Positions 1 to 11,120 of a stretch of 64,000 nt of DNA are shown in pieces. Source of the DNA: Octopus bimaculoides. Taxonomy: Eukaryota. The notes beneath the pieces were generated by a model that saw only the letters and a program-made list of their open reading frames with translations, was not told where the DNA came from and searched no databases. The stretch spans positions 2,618,885 to 2,682,884 of the forward strand of contig NC_068992.1 of NCBI RefSeq assembly GCF_001194135.2. The letters run 5' to 3'. Every line of letters begins with the position of its first letter. Within the stretch, counting starts at the first letter, position 1. The translations under genes and the position numbers were made by a program.

Positions 1-250
1 GGCTGAGGACGGAACCTTGGTGGACCCCTACCTCTACCCGGAATTCATTGCTGTACTCCACGAAAACAATTTAATTTGTGTTCGTGAGAAGAACCATTTT
101 AACGATGTGTACTGCCTTAATTCTTCGAAACGCCGGAGTTTTAATGGTGGCAGCTGATGAAGGGGATGTTTCTATGTGGCCTGCTTGTTTGTTGCACCTT
201 GTTTACCATTTTGTCCTTGTTCTTTTACCACGTCATGTAACCAGTTATGT
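1..250 (+). mobile_element. 3' end of an unclassified repeat, possibly Penelope-related
   Basis: Open frame 2-157 (AEDGTLVDPYLYPEFIAVLHENNLIC...GGS*), then CTGATGAAGGG, a T-rich tract and an ACGTCATGTA end abutting (TA)n. The same layout recurs at 49930-50095. Confidence 0.35.
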
Positions 251-317
251 ATCTATATGTACATGTAGATGAACGTATATACATACATGTACATATATAT
301 GCATATATTCATATATT

Positions 318-357
<40 letters not shown>

Positions 358-1061
358 AAAGAATTATATTTTGTTAAAATCTATTTCTCTTCAATTTATC
401 TTCATAAAGTTTTAAGATCCAACATTAAATTTAAACAGATCAAACATATTTAAAAGAAGCTGTTATTCTCTTCTTTATTGTTTTAGAGAGAGTTTGTGGA
501 AGAATGTAAAGCTCATCAATCAAATTTCAAGATTTTTGTAACAATGTTCTGAGAAGAAAAGTAAAATAATGCCCAGAATTAAGAGCAAAGAGATTTCTTT
601 GGGTGTGAGATTAAATCTTAGTTCTCATCTTCAGTTTTAGGCCTGGCTGAATCCATTCATTCAAACTTCTATGATTACAGCATTGGATAAGATGTTAGCA
701 AGAGAAAAGGGGAAATTATTAATACTGAGAGATAATATCTATCCCTGCTTAAACATGGTTGTTCTATTAGAACAAACTATACTGCGGTAGATTCCATGAG
801 AGTAACTCTCATATTGGCTTTTGGCACAAAAATGCACTCATGTTTATAAAGCTAGTAGGGAGACAAATCTCTGCCAGCTCCAGTCCTGAAACCACCAGAT
901 CATGTGATTTTGATCTTCCTTGATCTTGTCAATTAATACCTCCCTCTGTCACAAGTATATATTTTTTAACAATCCCACTGGCTAATCACAACACCGGTGT
1001 CTGTTCTGGCACTGATTTTTCTATATATTTTCTATATATTCATTTTTCCATATATCGAATG

Positions 1062-1430
1062 TTGGGCCTCACAAAGGCAATGACAAAAGGCCGAGATGTC
1101 TGGAGGTATGCTGTGACTGAGAAGACTTGGCAAATAAAGTGAGTTCACAGCTGTAACATACACCAGCGTCGCATAACCAGCCACTCAAAAGTACCTTAGA
1201 TTGTCGGGTGACATGCCGTGCTTAAGGAGATCTATTGAGTCAAGTACAACATCAACATTAGTATCAAAATCAATTCAAATAAAATCAAATGGAAATTGTA
1301 GTTGTGACCCCCATGCCAGTGTTATGTAAAAAGAATATCCGAATGTGACCAATGCCAGTGACATGTAAAAAGCATGATCTGATCGTGGCCCAGCTCCCCT
1401 GGCCCCTGGACCTACACCTTAGCACCATCA
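1062..1430 (+). mobile_element. 5'-truncated RTE-clade LINE (ORF C-terminus plus part of 3' UTR; family C)
   Basis: 1062-1142 translates LGLTKAMTKGRDVWRYAVTEKTWQIK*, similar to the RTE end at 30740-30900. The UTR aligns with 28279-28700. Confidence 0.8.
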
Positions 1431-1546
1431 TGGCATCTGATGTAGCTTTTTTCTTTCATATATTTTCATAAATGTACGTATATATACATACATACAGGGG
1501 TGAGTGCATGCGTACACTTTAATTTGGTATTTATAAGTTGATTGAT

Positions 1547-1591
<45 letters not shown>

Positions 1592-2371
1592 CATCCATGT
1601 GTAGGAGAGTTATATAGACAGACAATAGCTAGAAATATAGGTAGACTATTAAAAAGAGAGAGAGAGAGAGAGATTGAAAGAAAAAAGAAAAAGAAACAAG
1701 CATGAAGCCTTCTGTTGCCTGCCACAGCACCAGTAATACTCAAAGAATGATAGTCTAAGACAGTTCTTCCACTGCCTAAAATGTTGCTGTTGCTGACTTT
1801 GTGAATGTAGAGAAGTTTTCAACGTTTCACAACCAATCCAAGTGATCGGCTTGCAATGGCTTTGGTGGTGAGAAGTTGATAACATTAACGTTTCTCACAC
1901 AAATGTCGGGAAAAGAAAGAACTCTCTGAGTGAGTGGGAAGAGGGGAATACATTAGCATTGTTGGCTTTGTTTGTTTCTTATGTACAATATGACTAAATG
2001 CTGGAATTGTTACTTTGAACAATGAATCAGAAAAAAGTAATGAAAACCGATAAACATTAGCTATTGAAAGAAAAAAAAGAAAAACATGAATTTTGACAAG
2101 TAATGACAGCTTCTGACATCAACAGACATTTGGGTGTTTTTTTATGTTCTTGATTGTCTATATTTTTTGAAGAATTATATATATTGCCCTTTGTGAGTAT
2201 CAAGAAATACACTACGTACGTACATGTTTACAGATGCTTATCTTATCAAATTATATTGGTCTATTAATCTATGTGCTAATGTAACCTCATAGATAGATAG
2301 CTAGATAGATAGACAGAATGACTGACAAACAGACAGACAGATAAACAGATAGATAGATAGATAGATAGATA

Positions 2372-2444
<73 letters not shown>

Positions 2445-2507
2445 TGCATGCAGCAAACCCATGATCAAAACCATTTCACGCATTAGCTCTCCAACTCCTT
2501 ACTCATA

Positions 2508-3220
2508 TAAGAAGGGTATCAGATAGAAAAGTAGCTGGGGTTCTGTAGCATAATGTAAGTACAGAAATAACATATCCAGTCCTTCAGTTGGAAGTGTCCT
2601 TGTGTTATTTTGATTGAAAAAGTAGACTTTTAATTGTTGTACACATGTGAAATGATATGGCTTCAACTTTAGATTTTTCAACACCCATTGGCATAACCAG
2701 CTTATGTGAAACTGATGTGCCAATTGCCATGTTATCTTCTTTAGATTTTGAGAAATGTTTCAGCGAATGTCCTAGTAGGGTTTCCTTGTTTTGGGGCATT
2801 GTGCACTGACCCTGTAGTGCACTTCTTCTTAACCAACATTTATATCCTTCTCCTTGCTAGAAAGCCTTTACTCAGAAACTTGACTTCAAAACTTTCATGT
2901 GTCTGCTTTACAGAATCCGTTCTCACATACACTTCCACAATCTCCCTTCTTCCCACTCTTGAGAATATCACCTTGCAGAAAAAGCTAGAGATGTTCGTTC
3001 AATGCAATGTTACCTTCAACTAATGCGACGAGGATGCAGTGGGAGTAATGTAGCAAACAGTCAACTGGTGCCCCATCCTTGATCAACAGTTACAAGCAGT
3101 CAAAATGATACAATGACACTTGGAAATGAAAGGCTGGGTACTTTTCCATGAGCATCAATTCACCTATATATATTCACTCTATGTACCAGAACCTGAGCTT
3201 CTTTTTTGTGAGCCACCCTG
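2508..3220 (-). mobile_element. Internally deleted Tc1/mariner DNA transposon (DUF4817-type HTH transposase remnant)
   Basis: TA|CAGGGTGGCTC start at 3222-3210 and a diverged matching end near 2508-2550 (shared AAAAG.AGCT..GGTTCTG). Minus-strand peptides EIVEVYVRTDSVKQTHESFEVKF...LVKKKCTTGSVHNAPKQGNP and CQWVLKNLKLKPYHFTCVQQLK match the DUF4817 transposase N-terminal pattern. Contains stops and frameshifts. Confidence 0.75.
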
Positions 3221-3242
3221 TATGTGAGGGAGCTTATCAAAT

Positions 3243-3312
3243 GTGTCTTTAAGATGATAGGATATGATTTCAATATTTGACAGCTATTTCTAGCATGTTG
3301 AGTGATTACACA
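3243..3312 (+). repeat. Fragment of unclassified interspersed repeat (family H)
   Basis: Aligns with 17497-17570 (TCTTTAAGA...TGAT...ATTTG.C.GCT..TTCTAGCA.GT) and more weakly with 10196-10225. Confidence 0.45.
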
Positions 3313-3862
3313 GTCTTTTACATTGGTTCATGCCCACAGGGTCCTGCTTCTGAGTGTAGGAAAATTCTTTTTAGCACATATTTTCTGTCCTTTATTTTAC
3401 ATATGTATAATAATGAATGCAGCTATTAATTATATGACTTTTAAGCCTAAATCCACTCGTTAAATACAAGCCTTGATTAATAGCATTTAATGCTTATTAT
3501 GACAATTAGTTGATTAAGTAATTATGGGAATTCTTACTCTGCATTCTGTCACATACACAGATTCATGTACATGCCTCATACAATGGCTGATATGGAAGCA
3601 GAGCTGTTATTCACACAAAGATTCTGTGTGAGTGTGTGTATATATGTGTGTTTTGGATATGTGTGAGTATATGCATTCATTTCATGTATGCGTGTGCTCT
3701 TCTATGAGTATAGTTGTGTATGTGAATATGGATGTGTGTGTGTGTGTGTAATTGTATAAGAATACCAGTGTGTGAGGATTATATTTACTTCTTTGGTGGA
3801 GTTTTCACAATTTAGATTTTCTAAACACAAATGTACAAAAGCTGGCATATACTTATATACAA

Positions 3863-4108
3863 GCACAGGAGTGGCTGTGTGGTAAGTAGCTTGCTTACCA
3901 ACCACATGGTTTCGGATTCAGTCCCACTGCATTGCATCTTTGGCAAGTGTCTTCTTCTATAGCCTTGGGCTGACCAAAGCCTTGTGAGTGGATTTAGTAG
4001 ATGGAAACTGAAAGAAGCACATCGTATGTGTGTGTGTGCCTGTTTGTCCCCACCAACATTGCTTGACAACCAATAATGGTGTGTTTATGTCCCCGTTTGT
4101 TCGACTAA
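3863..4108 (+). mobile_element. tRNA-headed SINE, family D (3'-truncated)
   Basis: GTGGCTGTGTGGTAAG A-box-like and GGATTCAGTCCC B-box-like motifs, central GACCAAAGCCTTGTGAGTGGATTT...GGAAACTGAAAGAAG, internal (GT)n. Several other copies are in the window. Confidence 0.85.
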
Positions 4109-4119
4109 AGATGAAATAC

Positions 4120-4268
4120 AGGTACTAATCATTTTTGCCAGGTGAGTGAACTGAAGCAATGTGGAATGAAGTGTCTTGCTCAAGGACACAACACACCCCC
4201 AGTAATTGAACTCCTGACCTTACGATCATAAGCTAAATACCCATAATCACTAAGCCACACATCTTCAC
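4120..4268 (-). mobile_element. tRNA-headed SINE, family E (5' part)
   Basis: Minus strand reads GTGGCTTAGTG...GGAGTTCAATT...GTGTTGTGTCCTTGAGCAAGACACTT, shared with the copies at 10246, 24794, 39201 and 46768. Confidence 0.8.
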
Positions 4269-4312
4269 TACAAAGGTTCAAGGATTAATGACAAAGTATA
4301 GAAACCTTGGTA

Positions 4313-4493
4313 CAGTTCTGTATTTAAGAGATGAGGAATTATGCACATTATTTACATTATTTACATTTGATGGATATTTGTCCTCATCTTGTTTATTGTT
4401 AACAAAACATTTCGGCTGATATACCCTCTAGCCTTCATCAGGTGTCTTGGGGTAACTTCGAACCTGGGTTCTCATTCCTAAGGTATTTTTCAA

Positions 4494-4531
<38 letters not shown>

Positions 4532-4608
4532 TCACTGCCTGGAATCGAACTTGGAATCTTGGGGTTAGTAGCCCACACTCTTAACCACTACGCCATATGC
4601 CCATGGGC
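4313..4608 (-). mobile_element. Family B, complete copy: tRNA-like head + (TAA)n + hammerhead motif + tail; putative Penelope terminal repeat (pLTR)
   Basis: Minus strand reads GGGCATATGGCGTAGTGGTTAAGAG...CTACTAA...AGTTCGATTCCAGG, then (AAT)n, then CTGATGA...GAAA and the tail CCTCATCTCTTAAATACAGAACTG. Confidence 0.9.
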
Positions 4609-4629
4609 AGTTATGGAGTGAATTTTAGG

Positions 4630-4770
4630 GCTTATAAATATGATATTTTCGTATCCTTTCTTAATACCAGTTTCCATATGCTGTTCATATCTGCACTTGG
4701 TCTGCTTAGGAGGTTGTTGTGTCCTAGCATATATTCTGCTTCTTTTAGCTTTCATATTTTCCAGTGGTGT
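4630..4770 (-). mobile_element. C-terminus of a Penelope-like element ORF (region after the GIY-YIG domain)
   Basis: Translates HHWKI*KLKEAEYMLGHNNLLSRPSADMNSIWKLVLRKDTKISYL*. This fits the PLE C-terminal pattern W..RK.KEA.(Y/H)I...N.LNR..G..(L/M)S.IW..VL; the internal TGA is explicable as CGA>TGA. Confidence 0.7.
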
Positions 4771-4771
4771 T

Positions 4772-4901
4772 CAGGTTCGAAATTTCCCCAAGACGCCTGA
4801 TGAAGGCTGGAGGGTATATCAGCTGAAGCGTTGTGTTAACAACAAACAAGATGAGGACAAATATCCGTCAAATGTAAATAATGTAAATAATGTAAATAAT
4901 G
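4772..4901 (+). mobile_element. Family B 3' half, inverted relative to 4313-4608
   Basis: CAGGTTCGAAATTTCCCCAAGACGCCTGATGAAGGCTGG...GGACAAATATCCGTCAAATGTAAATAATG is the reverse complement of 4345-4468. Confidence 0.9.
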
Positions 4902-4904
4902 TGT

Positions 4905-5560
4905 AGAAACCTTGTTGTCATATTTGTCAGAGTCAATTTTACCTTTGAGGTAAATGCCAGAAAAAAAACTGGAAAAATTATGCAAAAAAAAAAATAAGAG
5001 ATGAAAATAAGGAAAATTAACAGTAGCAGAAAAAAGAACACTAGACACCAGATTCCAGAGAAGCACCCACCAAAACTCTGAAGATGGCAAGTGTAATAGT
5101 TTTATGACCAGTATCAGAAATAGATGAGAAAACATCTCATCACTTAACAGCTCCAACCTATAGCACCACATTTTCATTGTGTGACAACAAATAAATAATA
5201 ATTACAAATGGAAACTAAGAAGAAGTTAGTGAAAATATGAAAGAAAACATCAAACAAAAGCTGAACATAAAACGAAATAACTGAAAGAAGAGAAATTTTT
5301 GTAAATGACAATGAAATCTGCCCTCAGGAAATAAAGAAGGAAATGGAAACCAAGAAGATGAACCAAGAGTTTCTTTGAAAATCAAACAAAAAAGTTAATA
5401 GACAAATTTACACATCTGTGGTGCCACAGACTTTCTGAAGAAGTTAGAATGACATTAAAACAGTAAAGTTCAGAATGTACAACAAATAAGAATAGTTTAT
5501 TAGTAAAAGGAAAATAAAGACATTACACCAAACTTAAAAGAGATTACCCTCAAGTTGCTG
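4905..5560 (+). mobile_element. Possible highly decayed LINE fragment
   Basis: Purine-rich and Lys/Glu-biased in broken frames (e.g. EIKKEMETKKMNQEF). No diagnostic motif recovered. Confidence 0.25.
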
Positions 5561-5974
5561 ATGATTTTTGGAGGGTGAGGCAGGGGGGTGTTGACATCAA
5601 ATGACTTTTAAAATGCTTGTTGGTGCATTCTGTTGCACTCAAACACAGTTTGAGAAATGATTAAGAGAATGGGGTTGTGAAGGTGGAGTATATTGTAATC
5701 AGTAATGTTTCATGTTTTATTTTCTTCAATTATATTTTTGGGTTTTTTATTATTGTGTTTTTTTAATTTCTTTCTTTCCATGCATATATATGTAAATATG
5801 TATACATGTGTGTGTGTGAATATGTATGCACATATATATATATGTATATGTGTGCACATATATATGTGCATGTGTCTATTTAATATTCTCATTCCATCTT
5901 TCCATATACTGTAAGCCTCTCAACCACCCCTTTGTACTTTTCACACTACACAATTTCTCTTGTTCTGTATTTTT

Positions 5975-6162
5975 GAAATAAGGAATTCTGTACATTATTT
6001 ACATTATTTATATTGGACAGAACGGATATTTGTCCTCATCTTGTTTGTTGTTAATACAACATTTCAGCTGATTTTCTCTCCGGTGTCTTCATCAGGTGGC
6101 CTGGTAGAATTTTGAACCTAACCCTGGGTTCTCGTTCTTAAGGTATTTTTTTGCTGATGTTG

Positions 6163-6206
<44 letters not shown>

Positions 6207-6552
6207 GAAGGCACTGCCTGGAATTAAACTCACAATCTTGGGGTTAGTAGTCCATGGTCTTAACCAAGAGCATATAGCATAATGGTTAAAAGTGCTGGCT
6301 ACTAACCCCAAGATTGCGAGTTCAATTCCAGGCAGTGTCTTGAATAAATAATAATAATAATAACAATAATAGTAACATTAGCAAAAAAATATCTTAGGAA
6401 TGAGAACCCAGTGTTGGGTTCAAAATTCTACCAGGACACCTGAAGGAGGCTAGAGGTTATATCAGCCAAAACCTTGTGTTAACAACAAACAAGATGAGGA
6501 CAAATATCCGTCAATTGTAAATAATGTAAATAAGGTACAATTTCTCATCTTT
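5975..6552. mobile_element. Head-to-head inverted pair of family B copies
   Basis: Minus copy about 5975-6266 and plus copy 6267-6552. Both carry the same diagnostic variants (TAGAATTTTGAACC/GGTTCAAAATTCTA and TTGCTGATG/CATTAGCAA). Confidence 0.9.
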
Positions 6553-6559
6553 TTCGTTC

Positions 6560-8470
6560 CTTTATTGTGTGAATGGTCTCATATCTCATGCTTCAATTAT
6601 TATTGGTACTATCTTTACTTTCATACCTCATATGTTGCTTATTCCAGTTTCAAGATCTTTAGATTTCCACAGTGAATCCTCATTCTTCAGGCAGTGTTTA
6701 AGTCAACCAGGGATTGATCCATCTTTCAGAGACACACATTTTTATTTCAATTCTTGATTATTATATCTGGACAGTTTGATTTGATTTTCTGGTCAATATT
6801 GACAGAATTGTCTCACTTGATTGTTTCCAAGTCACTGGATGTATTCTGATTGCTACATGCTTATACCATTTATCTTTTTATGCATTGAAGTGTTGGCATA
6901 TTGCTCAATAAAAATAACTGCAAACCAAATCATGTCTGTGAATTTACTCGGATTTGGCAAGAATTTTTCCTATTGTTTTGTCCTGATGTATAAATCTTTT
7001 TCTTCAGTGTGGTTACTTTCCAGTTCCTACTTCATTTCCAAATACTCCTTTATAATATAGATGCAAAGAAGAGTTCATTTATTTCTTTTTCACAATTCTT
7101 TATTACACTTATTAGTCTATCTCTTGTTGCTTCTAAGTAATTTTCTACTCCAACTATTGTTATTTTGTAGTAGTTTTCTGTTTCTATTAGACCCTCTTTG
7201 TGTGTACCCTTTGAATATCATTATGGAGTAGTGGCTACACAACACTGCTAATATTTTCTTGGTGCTTTTGGCTATATTTTTCAATTCCCTTAACTTACAG
7301 TTTATTATATGCTTGAAGTCTAGCACTGAGTTTTAATATTAGCTTAAAGTCATGTATTGATTTTTTAATATTAGCCTTATTCTTCTGTAACATTTTTGGA
7401 TTTGGTCTGCAAGATTCTTTATGTGAGTTCGTGTGTTGAAGCATATTTTGTTGTGTCTGGGAAGAGTCAATCTCTTTTAGTGCCTTATTGTTTAACACAC
7501 TCATCGGTAAAGTTTCCACTCATTTACTTATTTATTTTTCTAAAATTTCCATTGCGTCTTGCATTAATCATTGAAAAGGTTGCAAGACGCAACAAAAAGT
7601 AATGAGTGGAAACTTTACCGGTGAGTGTGTTAAATTATAAGGCACTTTTTTTTAATTATCTTATTTCTCTGTTCATATTTCATCAGTTCTATCTATTCCT
7701 AGAAGCTGCATGGATGATTCTGGTCTAATTCTCTGATTTTTCATTCTCTGTCAAATTTGATAATCTCAGTTTTAGTTAATTTGCTTCTTTTTGTATCATT
7801 TCTACATTTGTCTGATACTCATTTTCAGTTTGTTTCCCAACTGAGTATTAATCCCCGTAAATATCACTAAGCCATCCACAGAGATAATGTGGTTTATCGT
7901 TTGTCCTCAGAATCTATTATCATCTGTGGCTTCATTCCAAAACTTGTTAAAGTAGTCAGAATATAAGCAGCTGGGTACATGATGAACCCCATTGGAAAAT
8001 GAAATTTCTCTCCTTATAGCAACAAGGCTGGCTTTAATTATTTTCTACTTGCTTCGTTGTGAGATGATTGTTTCCTATTTTGACATGACATGGCAGTTGC
8101 ATTCTGCTGGTATTACAGCTGTTTTGTCTATATCAGTATCTCCAGAATCGGCAATTGTGCTTTACGCTAATAAATCTTTGCCACACAAACATTAGTTTTC
8201 CTCTTTTTGCTGTCTTCTTTAATATCTCACCTCACCAGTAATTGGTGCTTCATACAGCCTTGCATCTCTTTCCAGCATTATTTCTACTCTTTTCCCATTA
8301 AGTTATCAATCTTCAGCTAAGTAACCAATATCTTGTTGTATTGTAGATTAAAGATATTAGTGTCTGGGTCTAACTTAATATTCTTAGTATTACTGAATTT
8401 GCTTCTTTTCCATGTTTGACACATTTGTCAAATCCTAATCTTATTATGGTGTTTTAGTTGATTGAATTTA
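6560..8470 (-). mobile_element. Decayed R4/Dong-type non-LTR retrotransposon (RT + restriction-like endonuclease)
   Basis: Minus-strand remnants: GQTINHIISVDGLVIF (7853-7906; degenerate INHLLYMDDL-type RT motif), IRELDQNHP..LGIDRTDEI (7678-7738), DQKIKSNCPDIIIK (PD motif, 6765-6773) and KSKDLETGISNI*GMKVKIVPIIIEA (6589-6666). The last two are homologous to the ORF at 38115. The 5' boundary is approximate. Confidence 0.75.
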
Positions 8471-8484
8471 CAAACAATTTTTAG

Positions 8485-9036
8485 TATAGAACGAGTAGAA
8501 AGGTATATTTTTAACTCATAAATATTGAACAGTATATATATATATAGGATAAAATCCTGTAAGAGCAGAAAAATTTGTCAGCAACCAGCCACGAGGATCG
8601 AACTCACACCCCTCTAATAGCCGGTTAGAGTGCTCTACCTTTAAGCTAAAGTGCTGACCAACAAATTCTTCTGCAATGTCATATGTAAATAAACATAAGT
8701 TTGTTTTTGAAGCATTGAAACATATTGCAGAACAAGTAGAAAGATATATTTTCAATGGTTGAATACTGAACAATATATATATATATATANNNNNNNNNNN
8801 NNNNNNNNNNNNNNNNNNNNNNTATATGTATATATATATATTTATATTTATATATAGGATAAAATCTAACCGGATATTAGAGGGGTGTGAGTTCGATCCT
8901 CATGGCTGGTTACCAACAAATTTTTCTGCTCTTAAAGGATTTCATCCTTTATATAAACTGTTCAGTATTTATGCGTTGAAAATATATTTTTCTACTAGTT
9001 CTACAATACATTTCAATGCTTCAGAAACAAACTTAT
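8485..9036. repeat. tRNA-like-cored repeat (family F): partial tandem on the minus strand plus an inverted copy
   Basis: The minus strand of 8585-8660 reads GTCAGCACTTTAGCTTAAAGGTAGAGCACTCTAA-CCGGCTA-TTAGAGGGGTGTGAGTTCGATCCTCGTGGCTGG (A box, anticodon-like stem-loop, B box). 8868-9036 is the same unit on the plus strand. Confidence 0.75.
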
Positions 9037-9139
9037 GAAGTTCTATGTTTAAGACATGAGGAATTATGTACATTATTTACATTTGACAGATATTTGTCCT
9101 CATCTTGTTTGTTGTTAGCACAACATTTCGGCTGATATA
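9037..9139 (-). mobile_element. Family B 3' fragment
   Basis: Matches the family B tail; truncated inside hammerhead stem II. Confidence 0.85.
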
Positions 9140-9273
9140 AGTGGGGGAAAAGGAAAGAAAATTCACACCAACAATCATCATCGTTGTCGTCGTCGTCGTC
9201 GTCATCATCATCACCATTATTATTATTATTATTATTATTATTATGTTTGCTATTATTTTTGCTATTATTAACA

Positions 9274-9905
9274 TGGAAAGCTGGCAGAATCATTAACATG
9301 ACAGATAAAATATTTACTAGCATTTCATCCATCTTCACATCTTGGGTTCAAATTTCGCCAAGGTTGACTTTGCCTTTCATCCTTTCAGGCTTGATAAGAT
9401 AATTACCAGTGCAATGCTGGGGTCGATGTAATCAACTAGCGTTCCTTTTAGACCTTGTGCCTACAGGAGAAAAGCTTATTGTTATTATTATTTGAAGAAT
9501 TAGCAAATGGGAGAAAGTACCAAACAAAATGCATTTCAGTATTTTGTATATGTTTTTGCATTCAAATTCCATTGAGGTAGACTTTACTTTCCATCCCAAT
9601 GGGGTTGATCAAATAACCGCACAACAAGAAGATCCAATTTAATCAACTGCACAGAAAATATGGCCTTCTGCCTATTATTATTATTATTATTATTATCGTC
9701 ATCATCATTATCATCTTCAAGATATGCAAGAATTAGAAGATCAGTAGATAAAATTCCTTGCTGTGTTTAGTTACATCTCTGAATTAAGTTACACCTTTCC
9801 AAAGTCAAGCAAATAATGTACTAGCATATTACCAGAATCAATTTAATTGGTTTATTTTCCTCAATTACTTGTGGCCTCATGCCAGTGTTAGAAATAATTA
9901 TATTA
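9274..9905 (+). mobile_element. Three head-to-tail family A tRNA-headed SINE copies of increasing decay, separated by (ATT)n
   Basis: The first copy (9274-9490) has AGCTGGCAGAATCATT, GGGTTCAAATTT and GTTGACTTTGCCTTTCATCC. Decayed equivalents lie at about 9500-9680 and 9720-9905. Confidence 0.7.
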
Positions 9906-10245
9906 TTTCTCCTGTTACCTCATTCTGTGTTCGTTACTGGCCTAACTTCTGCAGCAGTTTTTGCATTAATGTAAACTAATTACCCAGGCATTCAAAAACT
10001 CCAAGCTCTTCTTTAATTCTAGTTATGTTTCAAATACGAAGCAGAGATTATGGCTCTGTATGATGTCACATGAAGGGATTATATTGTAGTATGTGCTGCA
10101 GTGTGAACTGGTATGGTAGCATATAATGGGTGTTGCTGCCAGTCTGTTTTCCACTTCATAATGTTATGTATTTTTCCTGGTATAAGAAAAACAAGGATTT
10201 GAAGGTGATTTGACTGCTATATCTATAAGGTAAAGTGAGCAAGTA

Positions 10246-10585
10246 AGAGTAAACCTTTCGGTTATAAATGGCCGTAAGATTGCCCCTAGAAAGTTTGCCT
10301 CCAAGGCATAATTCTGGGAAAGGTTGTTTATGGAAGACCATCAGTCGCCTCTGCATAACAGCCTCCCCTCTCCACACCACCGATGTTATCCAAGGGAAAG
10401 GTAAAGGGGCCGATACAGCTTGGCACCAGTGACATTGCCACTCATTTCTACAGCTGAGTGAACTGGAGCAAACATGAAATAAAGTGTCTTGCTCAAGAAC
10501 ATAACACACAGCACGGTCCTGGAATTGAGCTCACTACCTCATGATTGTGAGCCCGATGCTCTAACCACTGAGCTATGTGCCTTCA
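10246..10585 (-). mobile_element. Full-length family E SINE with a 15-bp target-site duplication
   Basis: TAAAGTGAGCAAGTA at 10231-10245 and 10586-10600 flanks the element. tRNA-like head and CTTGAGCAAGACACTT core on the minus strand. Confidence 0.9.
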
Positions 10586-10915
10586 TAAAGTGAGCAAGTA
10601 GAAGTTATTCTGTTTGCTTCTGTAAAAGTAAACTTCAGCTATAATCCCCAAAACTGGAGATGACAGAAAGCTTTGTCAGTGTTTACATTGTGTATTGATT
10701 CTAAAAGTTACAAAAATTTCAACCCCTGTCCACTGAATGTAGAAGAAAGGCTATTTTGTGAAGACTAAATGTGATGACAAAGGAAACATCTGGATATGAC
10801 ACACAGCAAAATATCTGGATGTCATTACACACCAGAAGCTTGAGCCAGGGAGAAAAGTTGTGTGCAGTAACTTGATCTGCAAGAAAAAAGTCAAATTATC
10901 TCAAATCATGCTTAT

Positions 10916-11115
10916 CAGTTCTATATTTAAGAGATGAGGAATTATGTACTTCATTTACATTAGATGGATATTTGTCCTTATCTTGTTTGTTGCTAACACA
11001 ATGTTTCAGCTGATATACCCTCCAGCCTTCATCAGGTGTCTTGGGGAAATTTCGTACCTGTATTCTCTTTCCTAAGGTATTTTTTGATATAATTATAATT
11101 ATTATTATTATTATT
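10916..11115 (-). mobile_element. Family B copy lacking the tRNA-like head
   Basis: Tail, hammerhead motif (10995-11040) and body up to the (ATT)n linker. Confidence 0.9.
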
Positions 11116-11120
11116 AATAA

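Noticed and set aside
118-168. Possible type II hammerhead (TTCTTC-GAAAC...GTT...CTGATGA-AGGGGA)
   Set aside because: Stem I cannot form and stem II relies on two G-U pairs.
4528-4608. tRNA-like heads of families A, B, D, E and F as tRNA genes
   Set aside because: Acceptor stems are poor and the heads are embedded in repeat bodies; treated as tRNA-derived promoters rather than tRNA genes.
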